Of a stretch of 53,758 nucleotides of DNA, positions 40,001-52,643 are shown in pieces. Position 1 is the first letter of the stretch, and every line of letters starts with the position of its first letter. The stretch is from positions 1 through 53,758 of the forward strand of contig JABGQL010000076.1 in the NCBI GenBank assembly GCA_018648825.1, read 5' to 3'. The notes beneath the pieces are model-generated. The model did no database searches, was not told where the DNA came from, and worked only from the letters and a program-made list of their open reading frames with translations. This stretch comes from Gammaproteobacteria bacterium. Its GTDB lineage: Bacteria > Pseudomonadota > Gammaproteobacteria > GCF-002020875. A program made the translations under genes and the position numbers.

Positions 40001-40507
40001 ATGGAGATCCTTACCTATCCAGATGAGCGCCTCAAAGGGGAGGCTCTGCCCGTTGAGCAGTTTGATGATGAGCTACGGCAATTTATTGTGGAGCTGGATG
40101 CCTTTATGCGCACCCAGCCGGGAGGTTCAGGCATTGCCGCGCCACAAGTTGGGCGTAAACAGAGAGTCTGTATTGTAGACCTGACGGGCATGACTCGCGG
40201 TAAAAGGAAGAAACCGATACCCAATCAGGGGCGACTGCTGCTGATCAACCCAGAAATTACAGAGTGGGATGGCTTTGAGTTGGGGCGAGAGGGGTGTATG
40301 TCAGTACCAGATTATACCGGGAATGTGATTCGTGCCACTCAGATCCGTTTTACTGCGCAGGATGAGTGGGGCGAACTCCACCACTACGAGAGTGAAGGGT
40401 TTGAGGCGCGAGCGATTCAGCATGAGGCGGATCACCTAGATGGGCTGCTGTTTCTAGACCGTCTGGTGAGTCGTAGAAGTGATCTATTTCAACGGAAAAA
40501 GCGTTAG
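40001..40507 (+). CDS. def: Peptide deformylase (paralog-type)
   Basis: Motifs GIAAPQVG, EGCMS and HEADH. A basic insertion (TGMTRGKRKKPIPNQG) follows motif 1. Confidence 0.85.
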   Translation: MEILTYPDERLKGEALPVEQFDDELRQFIVELDAFMRTQPGGSGIAAPQVGRKQRVCIVDLTGMTRGKRKKPIPNQGRLLLINPEITEWDGFELGREGCMSVPDYTGNVIRATQIRFTAQDEWGELHHYESEGFEARAIQHEADHLDGLLFLDRLVSRRSDLFQRKKR

Positions 40508-40520
40508 TAGTCTGCTTGGT

Positions 40521-42735
40521 TTAAGAGTCTGTCTGAGAAAGTGCTTCACTATAGGGGGTGAGCTGGTTTCTCCCATTGGATTTGGCAACGTAGAGCGCCT
40601 TATCTGCAGCGGCAATTAGACTCTCAGGGTTCCCCCCCCGTGGTGGGAAGCATTGCAGCAGAACCCAGGCTGACGGTAACGATCGGTTCCAGCGCATCAT
40701 CACGCGATTCATGGGGGATGAGAAGAGCAGCAATATCGCGGCGTACGGTTTCACCTATGGTTGATGCACCGTCCAGATTGGTCCCGCTGAGAATGATCAC
40801 AAACTCCTCCCCTCCATAGCGGGCAACCAAGTCGCCGGGACGTTTTCCGTAGTTACCCCGCTGTAGCAACTCTCCAATACTGCGTAGGCACTCATCTCCA
40901 GTCAAGTGACCATAGTGGTCGTTGTAGCGTTTGAAGAAATCGATATCAAACAGTACCAGTGCGATAGAGTCGTGGTTACGCTGGCTGCGTTGCCACTCCT
41001 TAAGCAGGCGCGCATCGAAGGCGCGGCGGTTAGCGATGCCGGTCAGGCTGTCCCTAGATGCGTGCTCAGCCAGTTTTTGGTTGGAGCGCTCCAGCTCCTC
41101 CTGTGCAATCTTTAGCCGCTCTTCAGTGCGTACACGCTCAATAATCTGCTCTTGCAGGTTGTTATTGATCTTGAGCAGCTCTTCGGTTCGCTTATTAACG
41201 CGCATCTCCAGCTGGTGCTTGGCGGAGTGGATGGATGCCTCATACGCCTTACGATCACTGATGTCTCGTAGAAATGCGGTATAGAGGCTGTCGTGGTTCT
41301 GTAGCATCCGCACTACAGTAATCTCTACCGGAAAACGGCGCCCACCCAGGCTCTGGGCAACCGCCTCAAAACGCCCTTTCTTGCCATCATTCAGAGGGTT
41401 GGCTCTGCTCTTTTTCAGCGCAGTACGGTGTCTGCTTCTAAACTCTGAAGGGATGATCAGCTCTGCCACATCTTTGCCGATTACATCGTGGGAGTTAAAT
41501 TCGAAGAGTCGATTTGCCGAGGGGTTGAACTCAATAATATTACCATTGGCATCGGTGGTGATGATGGCATCAATTGCAGTTTCTAGCGTTGCTGTACGAC
41601 GTTGATGCTGCTCTTCCAGTGCCTGCTGTGTGAGCTGGCTACTGTAGATGGTGTAGGTGCGCCACCAAGACCCTATGAGTACGACGGCCATTAACAGGGT
41701 GCCGTGTAGCAAGGTATAGAATAGTAGAGGCTTGGTTCTCTCTTCAATCTGCTGGCGGGTAATATGGGTGACTATTTTCCAGTAGTAGCCAGAAGAGGCG
41801 AGTGGTTGCTTGCTGGAGGCGTAAGCCTCAGCAGCACCGCTGCTGGAGAACATCTCACTCCCCAGCGGGTAGAGAGTGTCAAAGGTGAAGAGGCCTTCTG
41901 GGGTGTTAAGCTGGCCGCTTTTGAGTAGGTGGATCTGTGTCCACTCGGAAGGGAATGTGTGGGCCATCGTATTTGTCTCCTGCTTCAACATAAACCCCCA
42001 GTTGCGTTCGGCTTGGGGGTGGGCCAACCAGTACCCTTCGCGATTGATGAGCATGGCGTCACTCTGCTGAAGCAGGCTTAATTGGTTCACTTCATGAATC
42101 AGTTCTTGTGCAAAGTAGTTCAGTAGAACAATACCGACCTTGTTCCCTTTGTTGTCGAATACCGGCATCCCGAGGCGGATCATCGGCTTGTAGGGGTCTT
42201 CAATTTTCCCTTTCTCTATATTGAGGTCGAGAGGTGAAATGAAGATCTGACTCTGTTCCAGCGAAAAGCTGTCATAAAAGTAGTAGCGTTTCCCCTTGTT
42301 CTGTAACCTTTGTGAGGGGACTACCAGTGGGCGCCCCTGGTTGAAGTTGATGCGCACCACCTCCATGCCTGATGCATCTAGGTAGCGTATCTGGTCATAG
42401 AGCCCTCTGTGTTCAGAGAGTGCCAAAAAATTTTGTTGCAGGTGTTGCAGTGCATGGTGGTGTTCGGGGCTATTGATCTCATTAAAGGCCTTCAGTTTGG
42501 AGAGAACCAGAAGGTCGTTCACTGCAGTATTTAGATCTTTTAGCAGGATCTGTTTGGTGTTCTGTAGCTGTCTCTGTTCTACGCTCTTTAGCGTGTTGAT
42601 GGTGCTGTTGAAGGCTTGTGTGTAGTAGAGGAAGAAGCCACCAATAAGCACCAGCAGTCCAGGAACAAAAAGTCGCAACGTACCATTGAATATGGTGCGG
42701 TTGAGAGAGTTGGTCTTCTGTTGAGTGAGGGACAT
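40521..42735 (-). pseudogene. Cache-like sensor / PAS / GGDEF diguanylate cyclase, interrupted by a frameshift at a G8 (C8 on +) tract
   Basis: The 703-aa ORF carries GGEEF but stops at 40624. The conserved GGDEF C-terminus (ESLIAAADKALYVAKSNGRNQ) continues in another frame to 40521. Removing one base from the run at 40632-40639 fuses them into a 737-aa protein. Confidence 0.85.
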
Positions 42736-42845
42736 GGGTTCTTAATGGTGTTATTTTGTTGGGCTGTATTGTGTTGATTGAGTGGGTAAGTAGGCCGTAC
42801 TAAGAGTAGGTAGTTTCAAGAGTGTTGTCTACAACTGTTGTGGCA

Positions 42846-45089
<2,244 letters not shown>

Positions 45090-45103
<14 letters not shown>

Positions 45104-45530
45104 CCCACTGCGCTATTGTGGGCGGTGAGCCTGGGACACCTTGGATCACCATAGACAGCTTCCGCTGGGCACCAGAGGCGGCATGTGAGGCGGTGCTGAC
45201 TACGGTGTAGCTGCCAGTGCTGTTGGTTACGGTGGTATCAAATGCGTTCTGCCCCAATTGTCCGCTGAAGCTGGGTAAAATTTGGTTGAGGGTATGGTTA
45301 TTGATGGCCTGCTGTAGACCGGCCTCTGCGGCATAAAATGTGGCAATGCCATAGCGTAGGTTGGCGGCCATCTTCTCTTCTAGTTGTGCACCTTGCATGG
45401 CCCCTAATCCCAGCAGGCTCATTACCGTTAACAACAGTAGACTGATTACCAGTGTGCTGCCACGATATTGTCCGGGAAGGTGAGTGGATCTAAAAGATTG
45501 AGATTTCAAAATTGCGGTATGATTTATCAA
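45090..45530 (-). CDS. PilX-N-domain (type IV pilus minor pilin/assembly) like protein
   Basis: QYRGSTLVISLLLLTVMSLLGLGAMQGAQLEEKMAANLRY...AAEAGL matches the PilX N-terminal pattern. It overlaps the ATPase start by 14 nt. The start codon is uncertain (TTG). Confidence 0.65.
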
Positions 45531-45559
45531 TGATCCAACTATTCTACTGCAATTATTAA

Positions 45560-46087
45560 GTGATGAAAGAGCTGATTATCGGAGGCATTCGTTCGGGTAA
45601 AAGTCGCTATGCGGAGCAGGTTGCGCGGACGAATCAGAATCTACAAGGGCATCAGCTCTGCTATCTGGCGACGGCAACGGCTGGTGATGCAGAGATGGAG
45701 GCGCGTATCAGCCACCATCAACAGCAGCGTGGTCAAGGGTGGTTGTTGGTTGAGGAGCCGATCACACTGGCTTTAACGCTACAGCGAGAGGCAGAAGAGG
45801 GGCGTACGATTTTGGTAGAGTGTCTCACCCTCTGGCTGACCAATCTATTGATGGCAGAAGATGAACTGCAGCTTAGAGGTGAGCAGGAGCAGTTGCTGGA
45901 GCTGTTGCCCACCCTACCTGGTTCTATACTGTTGGTGAGTAATGAGACGGGGCTGGGAGTGGTACCAATGGACCCGCTCAGTCGTCGTTTTTGTGATGAG
46001 GCGGGGCGACTGCATCAGCACTTGGCAGAGCTTTGTGAACGGGCCACTTGGGTGGTTGCAGGGTTGCCGCAACGGATTAAGGGATAA
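45560..46087 (+). CDS. cobU: Adenosylcobinamide kinase / adenosylcobinamide-phosphate guanylyltransferase
   Basis: P-loop (GGIRSGKS). 175 aa. Confidence 0.9.
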   Translation: MMKELIIGGIRSGKSRYAEQVARTNQNLQGHQLCYLATATAGDAEMEARISHHQQQRGQGWLLVEEPITLALTLQREAEEGRTILVECLTLWLTNLLMAEDELQLRGEQEQLLELLPTLPGSILLVSNETGLGVVPMDPLSRRFCDEAGRLHQHLAELCERATWVVAGLPQRIKG

Positions 46088-46093
46088 TCAAAG

Positions 46094-47143
46094 ATGATGA
46101 AAAATTGGTGGAGTGATCCCATCTCAGCGCTGGACCAACAGGCCGCAGAGCAGGCTTCGGCGCGTCAAGCTGAGTTAACCAAGCCGCCCAGATCATTGGG
46201 GCGACTGGAGTCGGTGGCGATCCAGCTGGCCTCCATGCAGGGGGTTGAGTCTCCTGTTGTTGAGCAGGTGTGGATTACGATCTTTGCTGCAGATCATGGT
46301 GTGGCCAGCTTGGGGGTCTCTGCCTTTCCGCAGGATGTGACGGCTGAGATGGTGCGTAACTTCTCACGTGGTGGTGCGGCCATCGCGGTTTTGGCTAAGC
46401 AGTTGGGAGCGACACTGGAGGTGGTTAATGTGGGTACAGTGAGTGCGATTGAGCCACTGCCGCAGGTGCTCGATGCACGGGTGGCTGCGGGAACGCGCAG
46501 CTTTGTTAGCGATGCTGCGATGGACCATTCCCACTTGGAGCAGGCGATGGCTGTAGGGCGTGATGCTGTGATGCGCGCGCAACAGGCGGGCGCTGATCTC
46601 TATATCGGTGGGGAGATGGGGATTGGCAACAGTACGGCTGCGGCGGCAGTAGCGGCTGCACTGTTAAAGCAGGAGGGTAGAGTGGTTGCGGGTGTTGGTA
46701 CTGGAGTTGATGTGGATGGGGTCAGCCATAAAAGTGAGGTGATTCAACAGGCGCTCGATTTTCATCATGACTACCTGAATGATCCACTTGAGGTACTACG
46801 TCGACTAGGTGGGTTTGAGGTTGCGGCGTTGAGTGGTAGCTATATTGCGGCTGCACAGCAGCGGTTGCCGATACTGGTTGATGGCTTTATCAGCTCAGTG
46901 GCGGCACTGCTGGCGACCCGTATTCAGCCAGATGCTCGACAGTGGATGCTGTTTTCACACCGCTCTGCAGAGCAGGGCCATCAACGTGTACTGGAGGCGA
47001 TGCAGGCAGAGCCGTTGCTAGACTTGGGGATGCGTCTGGGTGAAGGGAGTGGAGCCGCTGTTGCACTGCCGTTGCTGCAGCAGGCGTGCCAGCTACATCG
47101 AGAGATGGCTACCTTTGCGGAAGCCAGTGTCTCCCAAGCATGA
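46094..47143 (+). CDS. cobT: Nicotinate-nucleotide--dimethylbenzimidazole phosphoribosyltransferase
   Basis: CobT family blocks (GEMGIGNST, LGEGSGA). Confidence 0.9.
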   Translation: MMKNWWSDPISALDQQAAEQASARQAELTKPPRSLGRLESVAIQLASMQGVESPVVEQVWITIFAADHGVASLGVSAFPQDVTAEMVRNFSRGGAAIAVLAKQLGATLEVVNVGTVSAIEPLPQVLDARVAAGTRSFVSDAAMDHSHLEQAMAVGRDAVMRAQQAGADLYIGGEMGIGNSTAAAAVAAALLKQEGRVVAGVGTGVDVDGVSHKSEVIQQALDFHHDYLNDPLEVLRRLGGFEVAALSGSYIAAAQQRLPILVDGFISSVAALLATRIQPDARQWMLFSHRSAEQGHQRVLEAMQAEPLLDLGMRLGEGSGAAVALPLLQQACQLHREMATFAEASVSQA

Positions 47144-47175
47144 CCCCAGAATGATGGGTAATTGAGGCAGACACC

Positions 47176-47901
47176 ATGCAGCCACTGATTATCGCCTTCC
47201 AGCTACTGACTCGTATTCCAATTCCTGTAGCGGTTGATCATACGCCCTATAACCAAGGGCACTCCATGCTCTTCTATCCGCTGGTGGGCGCGGTGATTGG
47301 GGCGGTGTTGATGCTGTTTGGCGCACTGCTGGAGACGCAGCCTGCGGTGGTGCAGGCCGCACTGCTGTTGAGTATTTGGGTCGGGCTTACGGGTGCGCTG
47401 CACCTAGATGGGTTGGCGGATAGCGCAGACGGCTGGGTAGGGGGCATGGGGGACCGTAAACGCATACTAGAGATTATGAAAGACCCCAGTGCGGGTCCCA
47501 TGGGGGTGACTGCAATTGTGCTGGTGTTGCTGCTGAAGTGGAGTGCAGTGGTGGCACTGATTGAGAGTGATACACTGCTACTGCTCTTCTGGTCCCCGGT
47601 ACTGGCGCGACTGTTGTTGATTTCGTTGTTTCAAACCACCCCCTATCTACGGGCAGGGGGGATGGGAGAAGATCTATCACGTAATATTCCGCAATGGAAA
47701 GCCTACGCTGTTCAGCTGTTGGTGTTTGGGCTGGCGCTCTATTTTGGTGTTCACTGGGCGTTGTTGCTGCTCTATATCTCGATTGCATTTCTGTTCCGTC
47801 TGCTGGTGTTACAGCAGTTGGGCGGGATTACAGGGGATGTGGCGGGGGCGATGGTGGAGAAGATGGAGCTGCTGTTTGTTCTGCTCTGTGTATTGCTGTG
47901 A
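47176..47901 (+). CDS. cobS: Adenosylcobinamide-GDP ribazoletransferase (cobalamin synthase)
   Basis: 241-aa polytopic membrane protein with the LHLDGLAD motif. Confidence 0.88.
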   Translation: MQPLIIAFQLLTRIPIPVAVDHTPYNQGHSMLFYPLVGAVIGAVLMLFGALLETQPAVVQAALLLSIWVGLTGALHLDGLADSADGWVGGMGDRKRILEIMKDPSAGPMGVTAIVLVLLLKWSAVVALIESDTLLLLFWSPVLARLLLISLFQTTPYLRAGGMGEDLSRNIPQWKAYAVQLLVFGLALYFGVHWALLLLYISIAFLFRLLVLQQLGGITGDVAGAMVEKMELLFVLLCVLL

Positions 47902-47941
47902 TTTGGGGTGAGGGTCGATACTGCCAATACTTATGAGATGA

Positions 47942-49402
47942 CTAATATTTCACATCAGAAAATAGCTGCTCCAGCTGCAGGTGCTGCTCCAGCGTATCTG
48001 CCAGCCGCTCTAGGCTCGCTTCGCGCAGCTGCTCCAGATCAACCCGTTGTGCTTGTTCCAGTCCGGCCCACTGCAGCAGCGCCTGCAAACTCTCTGGGTG
48101 GTCAAACAACCCATGTAGATAGCTACCGATCACCTGCTTATCTATGGAGACTGCCCCATCCATACTTCCATCTTCTAGCGATACCAGTGGGTGCTCTAGT
48201 GCAGCGCCTGTGGTGATGCCTGCATGAATCTCATATCCACGTACTGCGGCCTGCTGTAGTGTGAGTTGACCAGAGATATTTCTGAGCTGTTTCTCTGGCT
48301 CCAGTCGGGTGGTGATCTTCAGTAGCCCCAATCCTAGAGTGCTACCGGCTCTGCCCTCAATACCGTCTGGGTCATCAATACGCTCTCCCAACATCTGAAA
48401 GCCACCGCAGATCCCTACCACTTTTCCACCATAGCGCAGGTGGCGTTGAATGGCTGACTCCCACCCTTGACTACGCAGCCACTCCAGGTCTGCACAGCTG
48501 TTTTTACTGCCGGGTAGGATGATCAGATCTGCAGCAGGTGGAGGGCTATTGGGAGCGATGATCTGCAGGTCTACCTGAGGGTGGTGGCGTAGTGGATCAA
48601 GATCGGTGTGGTTGCTGATACGTGGCAGTGCTGGAACAATAATCTTGAGTGAAGCCTCTGGATTGATGACCGTTTGTTGAGGTAGTGCATCCTCTGCATC
48701 TAGGTGAAGCCCATGCAGATAGGGGAGCACCCCAATTACGGGCTTACCGGTGCGAGCCTCTAGCCAATCTAGACCTGACTGCAGCAAGCTGATGTCACCA
48801 CGAAAGCGGTTGATGATAAAACCGACAATCCGATCCTGTTCACTTTGAGATAACAGCTCTAGTGTCCCTACCAGATGGGCAAAGACCCCGCCACGGTCAA
48901 TATCGGCGACCAAGACCACGGGGCAGTCTACCGCCTCGGCAAACCCCATGTTGGCAATGTCACGGTCTCGCAGATTGATCTCTGCAGGGCTGCCCGCCCC
49001 CTCTACCATCACGGCCTGATACTGTTGTTGCAGGCGTTGGTAGGCACCTACCACCTCGTTCAGCAGTTTGGGCTTGAGCTGATGATAGCTGCCTGCATCT
49101 CGATTCCCCAGCGCCTTGCCATGTAAAATCACCTGTGCGCCGATATCTGTAGTCGGCTTCAACAGAATGGGGTTCATATCGGTGGTGGCCTCTACCCCGG
49201 CGGCAATGGCTTGCAGCGCTTGCGCCCGACCAATCTCGCCGCCATCGACGGTTACCGCGCTGTTCAGTGCCATGTTCTGCGGCTTAAAGGGGGCAACTGT
49301 GATGCCTTTGCGGTGTAGCAAGCGGCACAGCCCTGCGGTGATGACACTTTTACCGGCATCTGAGGTGGTGCCTTGAATCATTAAGGTGAATTTCATATCC
49401 AA
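47942..49402 (-). CDS. cobQ: Cobyric acid synthase
   Basis: CobQ/CbiP N-terminal ATPase domain (GTTSDAGKS) and a C-terminal GATase domain (ICGGFQMLG). Confidence 0.92.
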   Translation of the reverse strand: MDMKFTLMIQGTTSDAGKSVITAGLCRLLHRKGITVAPFKPQNMALNSAVTVDGGEIGRAQALQAIAAGVEATTDMNPILLKPTTDIGAQVILHGKALGNRDAGSYHQLKPKLLNEVVGAYQRLQQQYQAVMVEGAGSPAEINLRDRDIANMGFAEAVDCPVVLVADIDRGGVFAHLVGTLELLSQSEQDRIVGFIINRFRGDISLLQSGLDWLEARTGKPVIGVLPYLHGLHLDAEDALPQQTVINPEASLKIIVPALPRISNHTDLDPLRHHPQVDLQIIAPNSPPPAADLIILPGSKNSCADLEWLRSQGWESAIQRHLRYGGKVVGICGGFQMLGERIDDPDGIEGRAGSTLGLGLLKITTRLEPEKQLRNISGQLTLQQAAVRGYEIHAGITTGAALEHPLVSLEDGSMDGAVSIDKQVIGSYLHGLFDHPESLQALLQWAGLEQAQRVDLEQLREASLERLADTLEQHLQLEQLFSDVKY

Positions 49403-49417
49403 CCATTATACGATGGG

Positions 49418-50350
49418 GTGATGATTGAGACCGCAACCATTGTCACCTTGGCACTACTGCTTGACCGTCTGCTGGGTGAGTTAAAACAGTTCCATCCACT
49501 GGTTGGTTTTGGGCGTGTGGCACACCGTGTAGAGTTGATCCTGTTTCGGGGAGAGCCTGCAGCACCGCGTCCGTGTGGGGTGATTGGCTGGATTGCAATG
49601 ATCCTGCCTGTGCTCTTTTTAGGGTTGCTGCTGGCACACCTACAAGGGTGGGTACTGTTTACTGCTGAGGTTCTTGGGCTGTACTTGGTGGTTGGTGGTC
49701 AGAGTTTGAGTAGCCATGCACACGCGGTCAGTGCTGCACTGCAGCAAGAGGATCTACCCCAAGCGCAGCAAGCGGTTGGTTGCATTGTAAGTCGACAGAC
49801 GGATGCGCTGAATGCGCAAGGGGTCGCCAAAGCGGCAACTGAGTCTGTGCTGGAGAACGGTAGTGATGCCATTTTTGGAGCGCTATTTTGGTTTCTGTTG
49901 TTGGGGCTGCCGGGGGTGTTGCTCTACCGTGCTATCAATACACTGGATGCGATGTGGGGCTATAAAACTCCACGCTATATCGATTTTGGCTGGTTCAGTG
50001 CGCGGGTTGATGATTGGGTGAACTGGATTCCCGCACGTTTGAGTGCACTCAGTTATGCCTTGTTGGGCCATTGGCGTAGTGCAATTTACAGTTGGCGTAC
50101 ACAGGCCAAATTATGTAAAAGTCCAAATGCTGGCGTGGTGATGTCGACGGGTGCAGGGGCGCTACAGATTGAGTTGGGTGGGGAGGCGCACTATAACGGT
50201 AAGCGCGAGCAGAAGCCGCTGCTGGGGTGTGGTGATCCAGCTCAAGGCAGGGATATTTCTCGTGCTATTCAGCTGGTTCAACAGAGTCAGCTTCTTTGGC
50301 TGGTGGTGCTCTGGTGCACGGCGCTATTGCAGAGAATAATTTATGGGTAA
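49418..50350 (+). CDS. cbiB: Adenosylcobinamide-phosphate synthase
   Basis: CbiB/CobD membrane protein family (ENGSDAI, SPNAG motifs). Confidence 0.9.
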   Translation: MMIETATIVTLALLLDRLLGELKQFHPLVGFGRVAHRVELILFRGEPAAPRPCGVIGWIAMILPVLFLGLLLAHLQGWVLFTAEVLGLYLVVGGQSLSSHAHAVSAALQQEDLPQAQQAVGCIVSRQTDALNAQGVAKAATESVLENGSDAIFGALFWFLLLGLPGVLLYRAINTLDAMWGYKTPRYIDFGWFSARVDDWVNWIPARLSALSYALLGHWRSAIYSWRTQAKLCKSPNAGVVMSTGAGALQIELGGEAHYNGKREQKPLLGCGDPAQGRDISRAIQLVQQSQLLWLVVLWCTALLQRIIYG

Positions 50351-51353
50351 TCAACCAATCCACGGTGGAGCACGACGCTACTGGGCGCAACGCTACGGTT
50401 TTTCAGAGGGTGAAATGGTTGATCTCTCGACGGGTATTAACCCCAATGGTTGGCCTGTGCCATCTCTTCCAGAGCGGGTTTGGCAGCGACTGCCTGAAGA
50501 GAGCCCTACGTTGATCGCGGCTGCAGAAAATTATTTCGGTTGTGATGGGTTACTTCCTGTGGCTGGATCACAAGCGGCTATACAGGTACTGCCGCAGCTA
50601 CGCTCTCATAGCCGAGTGGGTGTATTGGCTCCTGCCTACTATGAGCATCAGAAAGGGTGGGAGGTAGCGGGTCATCAAGTGGTGGCGTTGGATGCGGCAG
50701 AGATTGAATCGGAGCTGCCGGAGCTGGATGTGCTGGTGGTGGTTAACCCCAATAATCCCACAGCAGCACGGTTCCCCACAGAGCGCCTGCTGCACTGGCA
50801 CCAACAGCTTTCAGATCGAGGGGGTTGGTTGGTTGTTGATGAGGCCTTCATGGATACGAATCCGGAGCAGAGTCTTTGTAGAGAGGGTGAACCGCGTAGT
50901 GGGTTGGTTGTTTTACGTTCGATGGGTAAGTTTTTTGGTCTGGCTGGGATACGGGTTGGTTTTGTCCATGCGACAGCGTCGCTACTGCAGCGGTTGCAAG
51001 AAAAGCTTGGTCCTTGGTCGGTGAGTCATCCTGCCCAGTGGGTTGCAGAGCAGGCGCTGCAGGACCATCTCTGGCAGCAGCAGACTCGTCATACATTGCT
51101 TAAGTCAGAAGAGCGGCTGTATAAACTATTGGAGACAAGCGGGTTTAAGCCCCGTGGAGGTACGGCACTGTTTCAATGGGTGGAGAGTGCTGATGCCGCA
51201 GAGATTATGGATCAACTGGCACAACGGGGGATTCTGGTCCGTTACTTTCAACGGCCAGCATCACTACGTTTTGGATTGCCCGCTAATGAACAAGAGTGGC
51301 AGCAGTTAGCGCAGGCACTACAGCAGTGTGCTCGATTGGGGCAGGTTGCATGA
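50343..51353 (+). CDS. cobD: Threonine-phosphate decarboxylase (class I/II aminotransferase fold)
   Basis: PLP-enzyme blocks (NPNNPT, SMGKFFGLAGIRVG). Overlaps cbiB in the cob cluster context. Confidence 0.85.
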   Translation: MGNQPIHGGARRYWAQRYGFSEGEMVDLSTGINPNGWPVPSLPERVWQRLPEESPTLIAAAENYFGCDGLLPVAGSQAAIQVLPQLRSHSRVGVLAPAYYEHQKGWEVAGHQVVALDAAEIESELPELDVLVVVNPNNPTAARFPTERLLHWHQQLSDRGGWLVVDEAFMDTNPEQSLCREGEPRSGLVVLRSMGKFFGLAGIRVGFVHATASLLQRLQEKLGPWSVSHPAQWVAEQALQDHLWQQQTRHTLLKSEERLYKLLETSGFKPRGGTALFQWVESADAAEIMDQLAQRGILVRYFQRPASLRFGLPANEQEWQQLAQALQQCARLGQVA

Positions 51354-52291
51354 GTCCAGTTATCAACTGCAGAATTGGTATTGATCTTGGGGGTACCAAG
51401 ATTGAGGCTATCGTAATAGATCGTGAAGGGCGAGAGTTGCAGCGGCAACGGGTCGCAACGCCACAAGGCCAGTACCGGGCTACGCTGGAGGCGATTGTAG
51501 GGCTGGTTGCAGCGGTAGAGCAGCAGAGCGGCCTTTACGGCTCTGTGGGTATCGGTATTCCTGGAACGATCTCACCCGCAACCGGGCTGGTGAAGAATGC
51601 CAACTCCACGGCCCTGATTGGTCACCCGCTCGACCAAGACCTGCAGACATTGTTACAGCGCCCCGTGCGCATTGCCAATGATGCCAACTGTTTTGCCCTC
51701 TCGGAGGCGACCGATGGCGCAGCTGCAGGGGCGAATATCGTCTTTGGGGTGATTTTGGGTACAGGAGTGGGTGGTGGTGCCGTTATCAATAGTAGAGTGC
51801 TGGTTGGTGCCAATGCCATTGGTGGTGAGTGGGGGCACAACCCCCTGCCATGGATGCAAGCCGATGAGCTGCTGGGACCAGTGTGCTATTGTGGAAAAAA
51901 AGGGTGTATAGAGACATTTCTCTCTGGATCTGGCTTGCAGATGAGTTATTATCAAAAAACAGGGGTTGAGATCTCTGCTGAAGAGATCGCAATCCGCTCA
52001 CAACAAGGAGAGCAGGATGCAACTGACAGCATGGAGCAGTATGAAGATCGACTGGCACGAGGGCTTGCAACCGTGATTAATCTAATTGACCCTGATGTGA
52101 TCGTTCTTGGTGGAGGGCTGTCGAATATTGATCGCCTCTACCCGCATACCAAAAACCTCTGGGGTGAGTACGTCTTCTCTGATGAGGTGCGCACTGAGCT
52201 GGTTAAGGCGCAGTTTGGAGACTCTAGCGGCGTTCGTGGTGCCGCTTGGCTCTGGTCCGATAAAGAGATCTGGGGAGGCCAGTCTCAGTGA
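51350..52291 (+). CDS. ROK-family sugar kinase (NagK/Mak-like)
   Basis: DLGGTK ATP-binding motif, ROK signature (NDANCFALSE) and a zinc motif (CYCGKKGCIE). The ATG at 51350 overlaps the cobD stop. Confidence 0.85.
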   Translation: MSPVINCRIGIDLGGTKIEAIVIDREGRELQRQRVATPQGQYRATLEAIVGLVAAVEQQSGLYGSVGIGIPGTISPATGLVKNANSTALIGHPLDQDLQTLLQRPVRIANDANCFALSEATDGAAAGANIVFGVILGTGVGGGAVINSRVLVGANAIGGEWGHNPLPWMQADELLGPVCYCGKKGCIETFLSGSGLQMSYYQKTGVEISAEEIAIRSQQGEQDATDSMEQYEDRLARGLATVINLIDPDVIVLGGGLSNIDRLYPHTKNLWGEYVFSDEVRTELVKAQFGDSSGVRGAAWLWSDKEIWGGQSQ

Positions 52292-52623
52292 GTGGGCAGG
52301 CGCTGAGCAGTCTGGATCAGCTCAGCCAACAGCTTACACAGCACCCCGGTCTATTGCTCTACTTCAGTACCCCGCAGTGCAATGTCTGCAAGGTACTGCG
52401 CCCTAAGTTAGAGGCGCTATTTGAAGAGCACTATCCTGAAATCAAAAACTGTTATGTTGATACCACGGTAACGCCAGAGATCTCTGGTCAGTACAGCGTG
52501 TTTGCCGTGCCGACCATTATTCTGTTTTTGGATGGTAAAGAGTTTGTGCGTAAGTCACGTAATTTTAGCCCTATTGAGCTAATTGAAGAGGTGCGCCGAC
52601 CTTGGGAAATTATGCACTCCTGA
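52288..52623 (+). CDS. Thioredoxin-family protein
   Basis: CxxC (CNVC) in a thioredoxin-fold context (VPTIILF). GTG start overlaps the kinase stop. Confidence 0.75.
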   Translation: MSGQALSSLDQLSQQLTQHPGLLLYFSTPQCNVCKVLRPKLEALFEEHYPEIKNCYVDTTVTPEISGQYSVFAVPTIILFLDGKEFVRKSRNFSPIELIEEVRRPWEIMHS

Positions 52624-52643
52624 TGATGCCCTTTATTAGAGGG

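Noticed and set aside
45531-45559. Cobalamin riboswitch upstream of cobU (and at 49403-49417 upstream of cbiB)
   Set aside because: The spacers are 29 bp and 15 bp, far too short for a riboswitch of about 200 nt, and I did not see the B12-box in adjacent sequence.
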